A stretch of DNA of 37,938 nucleotides from a virus (lineage: Duplodnaviria; Heunggongvirae; Uroviricota; Caudoviricetes). This document shows, one piece after another, positions 27,542 through 35,570 of the stretch; within the stretch, counting starts at the first letter, position 1; the number at the start of each line of letters is the position of its first letter. The stretch lies in the IMG/VR virus record IMGVR_UViG_2778261139_000008. The stretch is one strand, 5' to 3'. Under the pieces are notes generated by a model, which saw only the letters and a program-made list of their open reading frames with translations, was not told where the DNA came from and made no database searches. Made by a program: the position numbers and the translations under genes.

Positions 27542-27872
27542 TCGTGGCCGCCTCACTGATTTGTGAAATGAGTTGCAGGGTGTGCTGCTGATTTGCCAGC
27601 ACCTGACGCGCCTCATCCCGCTCACGCACAAGCACCTGATTATTGTCTTCAAGGCGCTGCGTCTTCTGGTGCATTCCCCATATAGCGGCAACCAGTACAG
27701 CGATAATCCCCAGCGCCGCCATGCACGCCCCGGCAATCAGGGCCGGTAAGGCATTATTCACCGCAGCCACAGGACACCCCGTAACAGCAGTACCGCACAC
27801 AGCAGCGCTATCATGAGCGGTCGCCAGAAGCGGTTCAGACTTTCGGCAAGTCGTAGCGACATAACCATTCAT
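27372..27872 (-). CDS. Inner-membrane spanin (i-spanin, Rz-like)
   Basis: N-terminal TM segment (ALIAGACMAALGIIAVLVAAIWG) followed by a charged coiled-coil-like region, directly after the endolysin. ATG at 27872; the ORF track uses a TTG at 27893. Confidence 0.6.
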   Translation of the reverse strand: MNGYVATTCRKSEPLLATAHDSAAVCGTAVTGCPVAAVNNALPALIAGACMAALGIIAVLVAAIWGMHQKTQRLEDNNQVLVRERDEARQVLANQQHTLQLISQISEAATNEKQQNIQHSEGQQSVVRRSLAAVPAASAPVPDDVADRVRRAVCEIRACEAGADPR

Positions 27873-28335
27873 CCGCCGAACGGCGGGCCTCAAGGCCGGG
27901 GAGTTTCACCCCCTTTGAATAAATCCAGCGGATATACTGCTTACAGGACGCGGGCATCTGCCCGGCATTGATCAGGCGCAGAAGCGTGGAGTTGCGAAAG
28001 TTCGTTTCACCGGCCCAGAAGATCCACGAAGCCAGCGCCACCGTCTGACCACGGGTAAGCGGCACCTGAACACGCCGATCAATGGCCGCAAAGGCCCATT
28101 TCATGTCCTTTTCCAGTAGTTCCAGGCATTCTTCATCTGTCAGGGTCATACCCGGTTTCACATCCGGGCCGGTATGGCCGTAACAGATGGTGGGTGTACC
28201 GGTGGGATCGATATACGTGGAGTTTTCTTTCCCTTCCCAGTAACCGGTGTAATGCGTGGCAATCGTGAACGTCCCGGCACCGGCCAGAACAAGGGCAATC
28301 AGCTTTTTACGCAGTGGTGCGGGGAGTTTTGGCAT
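27835..28335 (-). CDS. Endolysin, phage lysozyme family with N-terminal signal-arrest-release-like hydrophobic segment
   Basis: 166 aa; N-terminal weakly hydrophobic Gly/Ala-rich segment (LIALVLAGAGTFTIA) followed by a lysozyme-like core with TICYGHTG. Confidence 0.88.
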   Translation of the reverse strand: MPKLPAPLRKKLIALVLAGAGTFTIATHYTGYWEGKENSTYIDPTGTPTICYGHTGPDVKPGMTLTDEECLELLEKDMKWAFAAIDRRVQVPLTRGQTVALASWIFWAGETNFRNSTLLRLINAGQMPASCKQYIRWIYSKGVKLPGLEARRSADEWLCRYDLPKV

Positions 28336-28406
28336 TGTTACGCTGTCTCATGATGTTCTCTGAGTCAGCGTAACGGTGAAGGAGAGGCGGCAGGCTTTGC
28401 GGAATA

Positions 28407-28832
28407 TCAGAAAAGTGGCGGTTGCGTTCTTGCCAGATGCAGACGGCGCTGTTCGCGTATGACGGTATAAATCTGGGTTTCTGACATCCGGTAATGGCGG
28501 CGAAGGGATTCAATTTTCTCGCCCCGGTCCCAGCGCGAAAATATCTCATTGTTTCGCAGCTCGGCAAAGAGAGATTCCCCGACCGGCAGGTAATAACCCC
28601 GTCCGCCCATATAGGCTGCCTGAGCCGCAGCCACCTTGCGTGCCAGTTTACCGGCCAGTACCGGCTCAATCCCCTGACGCTGAAGTTCTGCGCCGGTGAC
28701 TTCAACCAGTTCTGACAGGGTCCGCGGCCAGTTCTTTTTGAGAACATCATCAGGGATGTCATCAAGGCGGTCGATAAGGGCGTGCAGTTGCTCACTGTCA
28801 CCACCAAACATGCTCATCTGAGTTTCTGCCAT
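28407..28832 (-). CDS. Mor/C-family transcriptional activator (middle or late gene activator)
   Basis: 141 aa; C-terminal half aligns by eye with the Mu Mor HTH region (…GGRGYYLP… / …SETQIYTVIREQRRL); located just upstream of the lysis genes. Confidence 0.75.
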   Translation of the reverse strand: MAETQMSMFGGDSEQLHALIDRLDDIPDDVLKKNWPRTLSELVEVTGAELQRQGIEPVLAGKLARKVAAAQAAYMGGRGYYLPVGESLFAELRNNEIFSRWDRGEKIESLRRHYRMSETQIYTVIREQRRLHLARTQPPLF

Positions 28833-28901
28833 ATCAGCCTCCGGTTCTCGCGTTCCCGGTAAGTTTAAAATAAAAATCCCGCGTTGTGGCGGGATTTGGA
28901 G

Positions 28902-29411
28902 TTAACGGGGAAGTGATTTTTCATACTGCCTGCAAACGGCGTCATACCCCATCAGCGTGCGTTCGGGCATTCCCATCGCGGCCAGCATTTTGCGGCGGTG
29001 CCATCGCTTGAGACGCTCCAGCACATCTGAGGCCAGGGCGGGGTGTTGCTCCAGCCACTGCCAGTTTGCCACACCTTCGCCGCCGTTTTGCGCGGCCGTC
29101 TGCGATTTCACCCAGCGGTTAAGGGCGGTTTCCGCACCATCGGTGATAAAGCCCTGCCGGTGCATCACCTTCCAGATGGCGCGAATTTTGGCGGTCACCG
29201 TACCCGGTTTTAAGGCCCGGTTAACCGGGTTCTGACGCACTTTAAAACCGCGTTTTTTGAAAACATCCAGCACGCGGGATAACTCATCCGGTGACATATC
29301 CCGGCAGCTGGTTTTGCCGGTGGCTGCCAGCAGCGCGGATGTATAAGTCTCATCATCCAGGGCAAGCTCGCGCTTTGCCACATGAATGGCGGATATCAGT
29401 TTTCCTCTCAT
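28902..29411 (-). CDS. GemA-like regulatory protein (Mu gp16 family)
   Basis: 169 aa; N-terminus LISAIHVAKRELALDDETYTSALLAATGKTSCRDMSPDELSRVLDVFKKRGFK resembles the Mu-like prophage gp16/GemA family. Confidence 0.65.
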   Translation of the reverse strand: MRGKLISAIHVAKRELALDDETYTSALLAATGKTSCRDMSPDELSRVLDVFKKRGFKVRQNPVNRALKPGTVTAKIRAIWKVMHRQGFITDGAETALNRWVKSQTAAQNGGEGVANWQWLEQHPALASDVLERLKRWHRRKMLAAMGMPERTLMGYDAVCRQYEKSLPR

Positions 29412-29704
29412 ACCGTATTTACCTTTTTACGGACATGGAAAGCCTTTTCTGCCTCATCCCACCGGGCATGGTGTGTTGGTGGAATAATCATTATGTGCCA
29501 GCCATCTCTGGTTGTTATCCGGCAGAAAAATTCACCGCTATATAACACAATGGCCTGCTGAATGAGCGCATCAGCCGCCCGTTCAACCAGATGTCTTTTA
29601 TCAAAAAAGCAGATGATTTTTCGACATAACCACCGGGTAATAACAAATGCGCCGAAAAAGGATGTGATATATAAGCACCAGAACAACAGAGAACTATTGT
29701 CCAT
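29408..29704 (-). CDS. Hypothetical membrane protein (98 aa)
   Basis: ATG-started ORF in an AT-rich block; N-terminal hydrophobic helix. Confidence 0.45.
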   Translation of the reverse strand: MDNSSLLFWCLYITSFFGAFVITRWLCRKIICFFDKRHLVERAADALIQQAIVLYSGEFFCRITTRDGWHIMIIPPTHHARWDEAEKAFHVRKKVNTV

Positions 29705-29891
29705 TATCTTTCTCCTTATTCAGTCTTCTGCGACATTCGGCACAGTCATCAGGGCTTTCAAATGTATCCGGCTCGCGATTATGAGCCAGATATAACCACC
29801 GCCTACATATACTGATATTATCGCCAGTTTTAAAAAAATGATGCTTCTTAGCCATCAGAGGGCGCGCCCATCCAGCGGGTAGACTATTCAT
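29694..29891 (-). CDS. Hypothetical small Cys/His-containing protein (65 aa)
   Basis: ATG-started ORF in the AT-rich block, overlapping its neighbours by a few codons. Confidence 0.4.
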   Translation of the reverse strand: MNSLPAGWARPLMAKKHHFFKTGDNISICRRWLYLAHNREPDTFESPDDCAECRRRLNKEKDNGQ

Positions 29892-30258
29892 TTGCTTTAT
29901 CCTCCATACTGGACAAAATCATCTGTATTAATGTCGGGCGTGGAGATATACGCATTTCATTAAGCGTCTGAAGGGCAGCAACAGCTGCCTGTTTATCGGT
30001 GCCTTTGGCAATTTCCGCAAGAGAATGCACAATCCATAACGGACTTAACGCCACGACTGAATCCAGAATCATGTCATCCATAATAATTTCTGACACATCC
30101 CGCTTATCACATTCCTTATCCATAAAAGAAACGATTTTTTCCACATCTTCCGGTTTCATGCCTCCGGCGATAAGAAATTTGCGATACTCATAAGACGATC
30201 TTAATTCAATACTCATATTCATCTCCTGTAACTCTGACAAGGACGTGATTTTTCTCAT
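29884..30258 (-). CDS. Hypothetical protein (124 aa)
   Basis: ATG-started ORF in the AT-rich block; no family recognised. Confidence 0.45.
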   Translation of the reverse strand: MRKITSLSELQEMNMSIELRSSYEYRKFLIAGGMKPEDVEKIVSFMDKECDKRDVSEIIMDDMILDSVVALSPLWIVHSLAEIAKGTDKQAAVAALQTLNEMRISPRPTLIQMILSSMEDKANE

Positions 30259-30440
30259 TTATGTTTTCCAGTAATACGGATATATATGTCGATAAGAAGA
30301 TTCATAATAAACAGGAAGAGCGACATCCTGATAAAGAACCAAATATCTGGCATCATGGACAGGTTTCCTGTAATCGCAAATATAAAACCACCCCCCAACA
30401 CCGGAACGAAAATTGCGAAAAATACAAGTCTCTTTATCAT
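30255..30440 (-). CDS. Small hydrophobic membrane protein (61 aa, two predicted TM helices)
   Basis: ATG-started ORF, ATGA overlap with the upstream gene; very hydrophobic. Confidence 0.4.
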   Translation of the reverse strand: MIKRLVFFAIFVPVLGGGFIFAITGNLSMMPDIWFFIRMSLFLFIMNLLIDIYIRITGKHK

Positions 30441-30988
30441 GGCGTTAACTCCCGTAATACAGCGTCCTCGGCAGTCCGGCGATGGTGATAAATAAAATTC
30501 ACCGTACTCTCGGATAATTCAAATTTCTCGCCTATTTCCCGGAAGGTAAGACGTCGTGGTGATTCAGCATCCCGTAATTCACGAATAAGATGAACATCAT
30601 CGTCAGGTATACGGGTGAAGGGCAGCAATTCTCCGTATTTTTTCATGCTTACGCCAATATATCGCGCCCGATTGTGGACAGAATCCCGGTCTCGCCCCAG
30701 ATATTCTCCTATTTGCTTACCGGTCATCGTTCTGGCATTTTTTCGGATAAATTTATCTTCATCATGTTTAAATCTTGGACGTTTGCATTTGAGCAACTCC
30801 GGGTAAGTACCGCGTAATAAAACAATCCGGTTATGTACACCCCAGAAACTTCTTTTTACCCTGACAGCAATATCCTTAACCGGGGTGGATGGATAAAGCG
30901 CAATCAGCAGCGCATCTTCTTCAGGTGTCCACGCACGGACATGAGCTGGTGCCTGACCTTTTCGCCCCATGGGTTGTAAAATCATCAT
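30437..30988 (-). CDS. DNA-binding protein with repeated HTH-like motifs; possible additional regulator
   Basis: 183 aa; three segments with HTH character, the last resembling the Mor/C-type HTH (RRLTFREIGEKFELSESTVNFIYHHRR). Confidence 0.5.
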   Translation of the reverse strand: MMILQPMGRKGQAPAHVRAWTPEEDALLIALYPSTPVKDIAVRVKRSFWGVHNRIVLLRGTYPELLKCKRPRFKHDEDKFIRKNARTMTGKQIGEYLGRDRDSVHNRARYIGVSMKKYGELLPFTRIPDDDVHLIRELRDAESPRRLTFREIGEKFELSESTVNFIYHHRRTAEDAVLRELTP

Positions 30989-30991
30989 ACA

Positions 30992-31507
30992 TCACCCCCT
31001 GACTCGCTTTTCAGCAGCATAAAACTCATCAGACAGAATTTCGGTCATTTTCTGATTTGCGGGTTTTACGCCGCACTCAAGGTAAATCACATCGTCAACG
31101 CAGAACCACTTCACAGGGCCAAACATGATTGCCGAGAAATCAATACCCAGCCAGAACAACAGTGCATCGGTTCTGGCATACGTGACGGGCGAATATTCAC
31201 GCCACAGACTGTTAAGTTCGTCAGAGGCAACGCGCAGGGCTTTGGGAATACGTGATGTGCGCGGTGTGCAGCTCCAGCCATTCGACGCAGTCGGTTTTCG
31301 CCATAAGTCGCGATGAAAAGGATATTTGTCATCCATAAAGCGCAGCCCTTTAAAACAAAAGCCACTGATACCGGATACAAATACCGACCGGCACGCAACA
31401 TTCAGCACGGCCTCAAGGCGTTTTGCCTCATCCTTAACTTTCTGGCAGTCCTGCTGATATTTTTGCCACGCGGCCAGCGCGGAAGGGTTTGATGTTTTAA
31501 AGAACAT
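30992..31507 (-). CDS. Hypothetical early protein (171 aa)
   Basis: ATG-started ORF, translationally coupled to neighbours; no family recognised. Confidence 0.5.
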   Translation of the reverse strand: MFFKTSNPSALAAWQKYQQDCQKVKDEAKRLEAVLNVACRSVFVSGISGFCFKGLRFMDDKYPFHRDLWRKPTASNGWSCTPRTSRIPKALRVASDELNSLWREYSPVTYARTDALLFWLGIDFSAIMFGPVKWFCVDDVIYLECGVKPANQKMTEILSDEFYAAEKRVRG

Positions 31508-32040
31508 TACGCCACCTCCGCAGATATCCCGGCAGGCGCGGCCGTCCGGTCAACAATCAGGTAACGCAGAACGCGCGAGGTGATATTCCAGCCGCTTAAA
31601 CCGCAGATAATGACACCCAGGCGTATGTCGATATACGCCATCACAAACTGGGGCACGCCTTCTTTCATGGCCTGCTCATCAACTTCAGCCACCACATAAA
31701 CGGTTTCACAGGTCAGAACGCCCTGAGCAAATTCCCACGCCATTGACGGAATATCATGCCCCTCAATCCACGGCAGGGATTTTCTGAAGCTGCACCACTG
31801 AACATCATCAGCCGCACCTTCCTGGCTGCATTTGCGACGAACCGGCTGCACCGGGCGGGGACGCGGAATATCATAAAAACCGTTACATTCCGTCAGCACC
31901 CCGGCATCGACCGCATCACGCAGAAAATAAACCATCGAGGATGGCGGCATATTCATTTTTTCAGCCAGAATGCCGCAGGTCAGACGCCCGTAAATACTCA
32001 GCCAGTTTTTAACCCCTTCAAGCACTTTTGCATCAATCAT
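31507..32040 (-). CDS. Hypothetical early protein (177 aa), possible N-terminal winged-helix
   Basis: ATG-started ORF; stop overlaps the start of the next gene. Confidence 0.5.
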   Translation of the reverse strand: MIDAKVLEGVKNWLSIYGRLTCGILAEKMNMPPSSMVYFLRDAVDAGVLTECNGFYDIPRPRPVQPVRRKCSQEGAADDVQWCSFRKSLPWIEGHDIPSMAWEFAQGVLTCETVYVVAEVDEQAMKEGVPQFVMAYIDIRLGVIICGLSGWNITSRVLRYLIVDRTAAPAGISAEVA

Positions 32041-32043
32041 GAA

Positions 32044-32586
32044 TTATTCCTCCGTCAGCGCCACATATTCAGAATGTTTAATCTCCTGGCATTCTTCAGG
32101 AATACCCCCTTTTATTTCCCTGCCATAAGCGCCTACTTTAAACACCACGCACAGGGCATCACGGGAGAGCGACGGGGTCCACCAGGAGTCCATGTTAAAC
32201 ATGGAGGGGATTCTCATTACCCCCAGCTTTTCACAGAGCCAGACAAGGAAATCAGGACGCTTTCTTAACTCGCGTTCAGCGGCTTCAATCATTGCGGCAA
32301 TCGCCGGTCCTTCAGGGCATGACTCATCAGGTCTGGCAATAAAGCACGGTCCGTCCCCGATAAAAGCCACATCATCGCGCTTACGCCAGCCCGCAGGCAG
32401 AGCACCAGAAAAATAAAACTCACTGATTACGTCCATGGCAAACGGCTTTAAGCGCAATCCGGCAGCGCCTGTATTTTTCAGTAATGCCCGAAGAATACTG
32501 TTGCGTAGCGGTAAAACAGTCTGTTGATATTTGGTGAAATATTTATTTGTCTGCACACGGTCTAATTTGAAATAAAAATATGCCAT
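32044..32586 (-). CDS. Hypothetical early protein (180 aa)
   Basis: ATG-started ORF downstream of gam; no family recognised. Confidence 0.5.
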   Translation of the reverse strand: MAYFYFKLDRVQTNKYFTKYQQTVLPLRNSILRALLKNTGAAGLRLKPFAMDVISEFYFSGALPAGWRKRDDVAFIGDGPCFIARPDESCPEGPAIAAMIEAAERELRKRPDFLVWLCEKLGVMRIPSMFNMDSWWTPSLSRDALCVVFKVGAYGREIKGGIPEECQEIKHSEYVALTEE

Positions 32587-32683
32587 ATATCCTGTTCCTT
32601 ATTTTCAGTTTACAGGCGCAGGCAGTCCCCTGACGCGAGCGCCATACTTAAAACGATGTGATATTTAAAGATTTAATGCGGTG

Positions 32684-33214
32684 TTATTTATTCAGTCCGG
32701 CGTCCTGTTCAAAAGGCTCGACATAAAAACTTTCAGCGCCTTTATTCACCTTAATACCGGCAATGCCTTTCACTGCATCCGGCTCCGCCAGGACCGCTTC
32801 CTTGTTCACTTCCTCTTTCGTGCGGATGAATCGCTCAAGCCCCATACGGCGCAGCATTTCAATCACACCTTCCACATCACGGCTGACGCTGCATGATGGA
32901 TTTCCCAGCCGCCATGATACTGTTCCGGTGGTCAGATTGGCTGTTTTGGTTTTGCCGCCGTTCGTCAGCTCATCGCGGTTGGTTTTGCACCAGTCCTGAA
33001 TCCCCTTAAAAAGCACTTTGATTTCTTTTTTAAGGTTTTCAATCTGCGGCGTATAACGGGCGGTGATTTCTGCCACTTCATCATTCATCGCCGTTTCCAG
33101 CCGCAGCGCCTCTCGCTGAATATCGCCCAGGGTACGGATATCGCGGCTGACTTCTTCGCGGGTCTGCGGTGCAGCCTCGGCTGCGGCCTTTAATTTTGTA
33201 ACACGTTTAGCCAT
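32684..33214 (-). CDS. gam: Host-nuclease inhibitor protein Gam (Mu Gam, Ku-like DNA end-binding)
   Basis: 176 aa; strong by-eye match to Mu Gam along the whole length (…IRTLGDIQREALRLETAMNDEVAEIT… / …CKTNRDELTNGGKTKTANLTTGTVSWR… / …RFIRTKEEVNKEA…). Confidence 0.92.
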   Translation of the reverse strand: MAKRVTKLKAAAEAAPQTREEVSRDIRTLGDIQREALRLETAMNDEVAEITARYTPQIENLKKEIKVLFKGIQDWCKTNRDELTNGGKTKTANLTTGTVSWRLGNPSCSVSRDVEGVIEMLRRMGLERFIRTKEEVNKEAVLAEPDAVKGIAGIKVNKGAESFYVEPFEQDAGLNK

Positions 33215-33225
33215 TTTGTTTTTCC

Positions 33226-33519
33226 TTATTGCAGTGTGCCTGATGCTTTATGCACGCGGTGGCGTTTAATGATGGCATCCGCCCCAAAAGCCTGTACAGA
33301 TGCCTGAAATTCCGCTGAGAGAAACTGAATAATTTCAGGACTGTGATACTGGAGAATACTTGCATAAACGTCACAGAGTGACGTCGGCCTGTTATTCGTA
33401 TCACGTTCTGTTTTTACATCCACACCAATCTTTTCATGCACTTCAACACAGTCATTGCCTGCCGGTTTTTCGTCATGCGAAACATGCTTAAATTCAAAAA
33501 TAACGCGTACTTTGCTCAT
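33226..33519 (-). CDS. Hypothetical small early protein, paralogue of the adjacent upstream gene
   Basis: ATG at 33519 with AGGGG RBS gives MSKVRVIFEFKHV…, parallel to MSKVVRIIFEYKEHV… of the 33524-33796 gene. Confidence 0.5.
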   Translation of the reverse strand: MSKVRVIFEFKHVSHDEKPAGNDCVEVHEKIGVDVKTERDTNNRPTSLCDVYASILQYHSPEIIQFLSAEFQASVQAFGADAIIKRHRVHKASGTLQ

Positions 33520-33523
33520 GGAA

Positions 33524-33796
33524 TTACCCCTGCTGATTAAATTCATTACCTTTAATAACCCCGGAACGCATGCTCATATCTTTCATGAGCGCACTGGCTT
33601 TCATTGCCACAAGTTCAGCAAAGTCTCTGCTTTCCGCGAGCATAACCACCCCAAAAATCATGGCGGGTCCATCACCTTTCTGCTTTATCCCGGTTGAACG
33701 TATGTCCAGACTTACCCCCATGCGCACTGTTCCATCAGCGTTTTTATGGATAACGTGCTCCTTGTATTCGAAAATAATGCGTACGACTTTACTCAT
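33524..33796 (-). CDS. Hypothetical small early protein (90 aa), paralogue of the downstream gene
   Basis: ATG-started ORF; shared N-terminal motif with the 33226-33519 gene. Confidence 0.5.
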   Translation of the reverse strand: MSKVVRIIFEYKEHVIHKNADGTVRMGVSLDIRSTGIKQKGDGPAMIFGVVMLAESRDFAELVAMKASALMKDMSMRSGVIKGNEFNQQG

Positions 33797-34074
33797 CCTC
33801 TGGTCCTCGTTCTGTTTGGATAACTGACCCGGCGTCTGACCTCACGGCAGAACCGAATCATGGCATTAAAGGCTTCTTCCTCCGTCACCGCTTCCGGTAT
33901 CCCCGGAACCAGTAACTGCTCCTGTTCATCACGTCCATGACGCGCCATAACCTCAATCACATGCCGTACCGTGGCAGGCTTTCCGGCAACTATCGGCAAT
34001 GCACCTTCCGGCAGGACGTAACCAAACTCAATAAGACCACTCGACCACGCCCATGCAATGAGATTTTTTTTCAC
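33793..34074 (-). CDS. Hypothetical small early protein (93 aa)
   Basis: ORF in the early operon between B and gam; annotated start is GTG. Confidence 0.4.
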   Translation of the reverse strand: MKKNLIAWAWSSGLIEFGYVLPEGALPIVAGKPATVRHVIEVMARHGRDEQEQLLVPGIPEAVTEEEAFNAMIRFCREVRRRVSYPNRTRTRG

Positions 34075-34075
34075 C

Positions 34076-34342
34076 TCACACCTCCCAGTAAACCGTGCAG
34101 CCGCTGATGCGGGTGGCCTTCACACGGCGGCGCAGGCCGTTGGTCTGTATGGTGATTTCAATTTCACCGGTTCCCTGCACGTTGCCTACCGGCGGCGTGG
34201 TTTTCAGTGCAAAACGTTGCGGATAGCGCTTACTGCGTTCCAGTACCGCACCGGCAAGTTCGGTCAGACGGCGCGCGCTGTTCAGGGAGTCGAATAAATT
34301 CATTTTGTTACCGCAGGATTGCATATTCATATAACACCTCAT
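34076..34342 (-). CDS. Hypothetical small early protein (88 aa)
   Basis: ATG-started ORF in the early operon. Confidence 0.45.
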   Translation of the reverse strand: MRCYMNMQSCGNKMNLFDSLNSARRLTELAGAVLERSKRYPQRFALKTTPPVGNVQGTGEIEITIQTNGLRRRVKATRISGCTVYWEV

Positions 34343-34570
34343 TTAGCTGACTTGTTTCGCACCAACAGAACGGCATATTCCGCTGTAAACGTCTGTCGCA
34401 CCTTCGCGATCAAGTCCGGCAGATATCACCATTCGTGTGCGGTCATTAAATTCAAAAAGAAAATCGCCACATTCTTTATTTTCGGCCAGTGAAATCACCT
34501 TCACGTTATCGAAATTAACCAGGTAAAAGCGTCCGTAAATATCAGGAATATTAAATACCGCCATAATCAC
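34343..34570 (-). CDS. Hypothetical small early protein (75 aa)
   Basis: ORF immediately downstream of B; start GTG at 34570 or ATG at 34564. Confidence 0.45.
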   Translation of the reverse strand: MIMAVFNIPDIYGRFYLVNFDNVKVISLAENKECGDFLFEFNDRTRMVISAGLDREGATDVYSGICRSVGAKQVS

Positions 34571-35499
34571 ACCTGTGAGAGTAATTCAGGGTTGGTATAA
34601 ACCTCTTTAAAGGCCGCATTAATATGTTTTTCTGTCAGCGCCGCGCCTTCACCGCTGGCGGTGAGCCACGCCTGGTTAAGCGTATGTGTCAGAACGCGTA
34701 ACGCTCCCGGCTTTTCAGCGATAGCCTGCATGACGGCCAGCTCGGCCTCACCACTGATCCCCCACGCCCTGGCAATGGCCAGCACATCCGCCTTTTTGGC
34801 CTTGCGAAGTTGTTTTGTACGGGCAAGACGGCTGAACAGGCGCGATAAATCATCAAAGGCGCGGCGTCCACCTTTAAACAATCCGCGCGGGTTACCAATA
34901 AGCACCATCCCGATCCCCGTGGCGTCCTGAATTGCCCGGAGTTGCTCCAGACCGTCAATACCAAGATGATCCGCCTCATCCACAATCACCAGTCCACGCG
35001 TTCCCATCAGGCGACGGCGGATGGCGCGGGATAATGCCCCTTTGTTCGCGCGGGTGTAATCAATCCCCAGCGCATCGGCCAGCTCCAGCAGACACTCCGT
35101 GACGCTGGAGTGCGCGGGTGACAGGGTGATCATCCAGGTGTTTGGTTGCTCCTGGCAGTAATTACGGGCAGTGGCCGTTTTACCCACACCCGGTACGCCC
35201 ACAATAACGTTAATACAGCCCATCAGACGAACCGCCTGAAACAGTGCGCGCAGCTCCTGGACTGTCTGCGTTTCCACAAACTGCGGCGGTTCCGGCAGTG
35301 CGCTTTGTTTATTCCAGTTCTCATACCAGGAACGCAGGGAAGCAGCCACAGCAGCGTTATCGCCTTTATATTTTCCCTTACGGAAAGCCGATAATGTGCC
35401 GTCGGAAATTCCCGCCTCTCTGGCGATGGCATACTGCGTCAGTACGCCGCCATCAATAAGTTCATCAATGGTCTTGATTACATCGTTAATATCAGTCAT
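34567..35499 (-). CDS. B: Transposition target-DNA activator B (MuB-like AAA+ ATPase)
   Basis: 310 aa; N-terminal HTH, Walker A GVPGVGKT, VIVDEADHL Walker B and C-terminal region all parallel Mu B; directly downstream of the transposase. Confidence 0.93.
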   Translation of the reverse strand: MTDINDVIKTIDELIDGGVLTQYAIAREAGISDGTLSAFRKGKYKGDNAAVAASLRSWYENWNKQSALPEPPQFVETQTVQELRALFQAVRLMGCINVIVGVPGVGKTATARNYCQEQPNTWMITLSPAHSSVTECLLELADALGIDYTRANKGALSRAIRRRLMGTRGLVIVDEADHLGIDGLEQLRAIQDATGIGMVLIGNPRGLFKGGRRAFDDLSRLFSRLARTKQLRKAKKADVLAIARAWGISGEAELAVMQAIAEKPGALRVLTHTLNQAWLTASGEGAALTEKHINAAFKEVYTNPELLSQV

Positions 35500-35570
35500 A
35501 TTATTAACCTCTCATTTGATACCTTGTTTAATCAAATAACCTGAGTCGCCGCTCGGGTTATTTTTTTATT

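Noticed and set aside
28307-28807. 166-aa minus-strand ORF overlapping the Mor/C-like gene
   Set aside because: Alternative frame of the same region; the 28407-28832 frame carries the Mor/C-like HTH and an ATG start.
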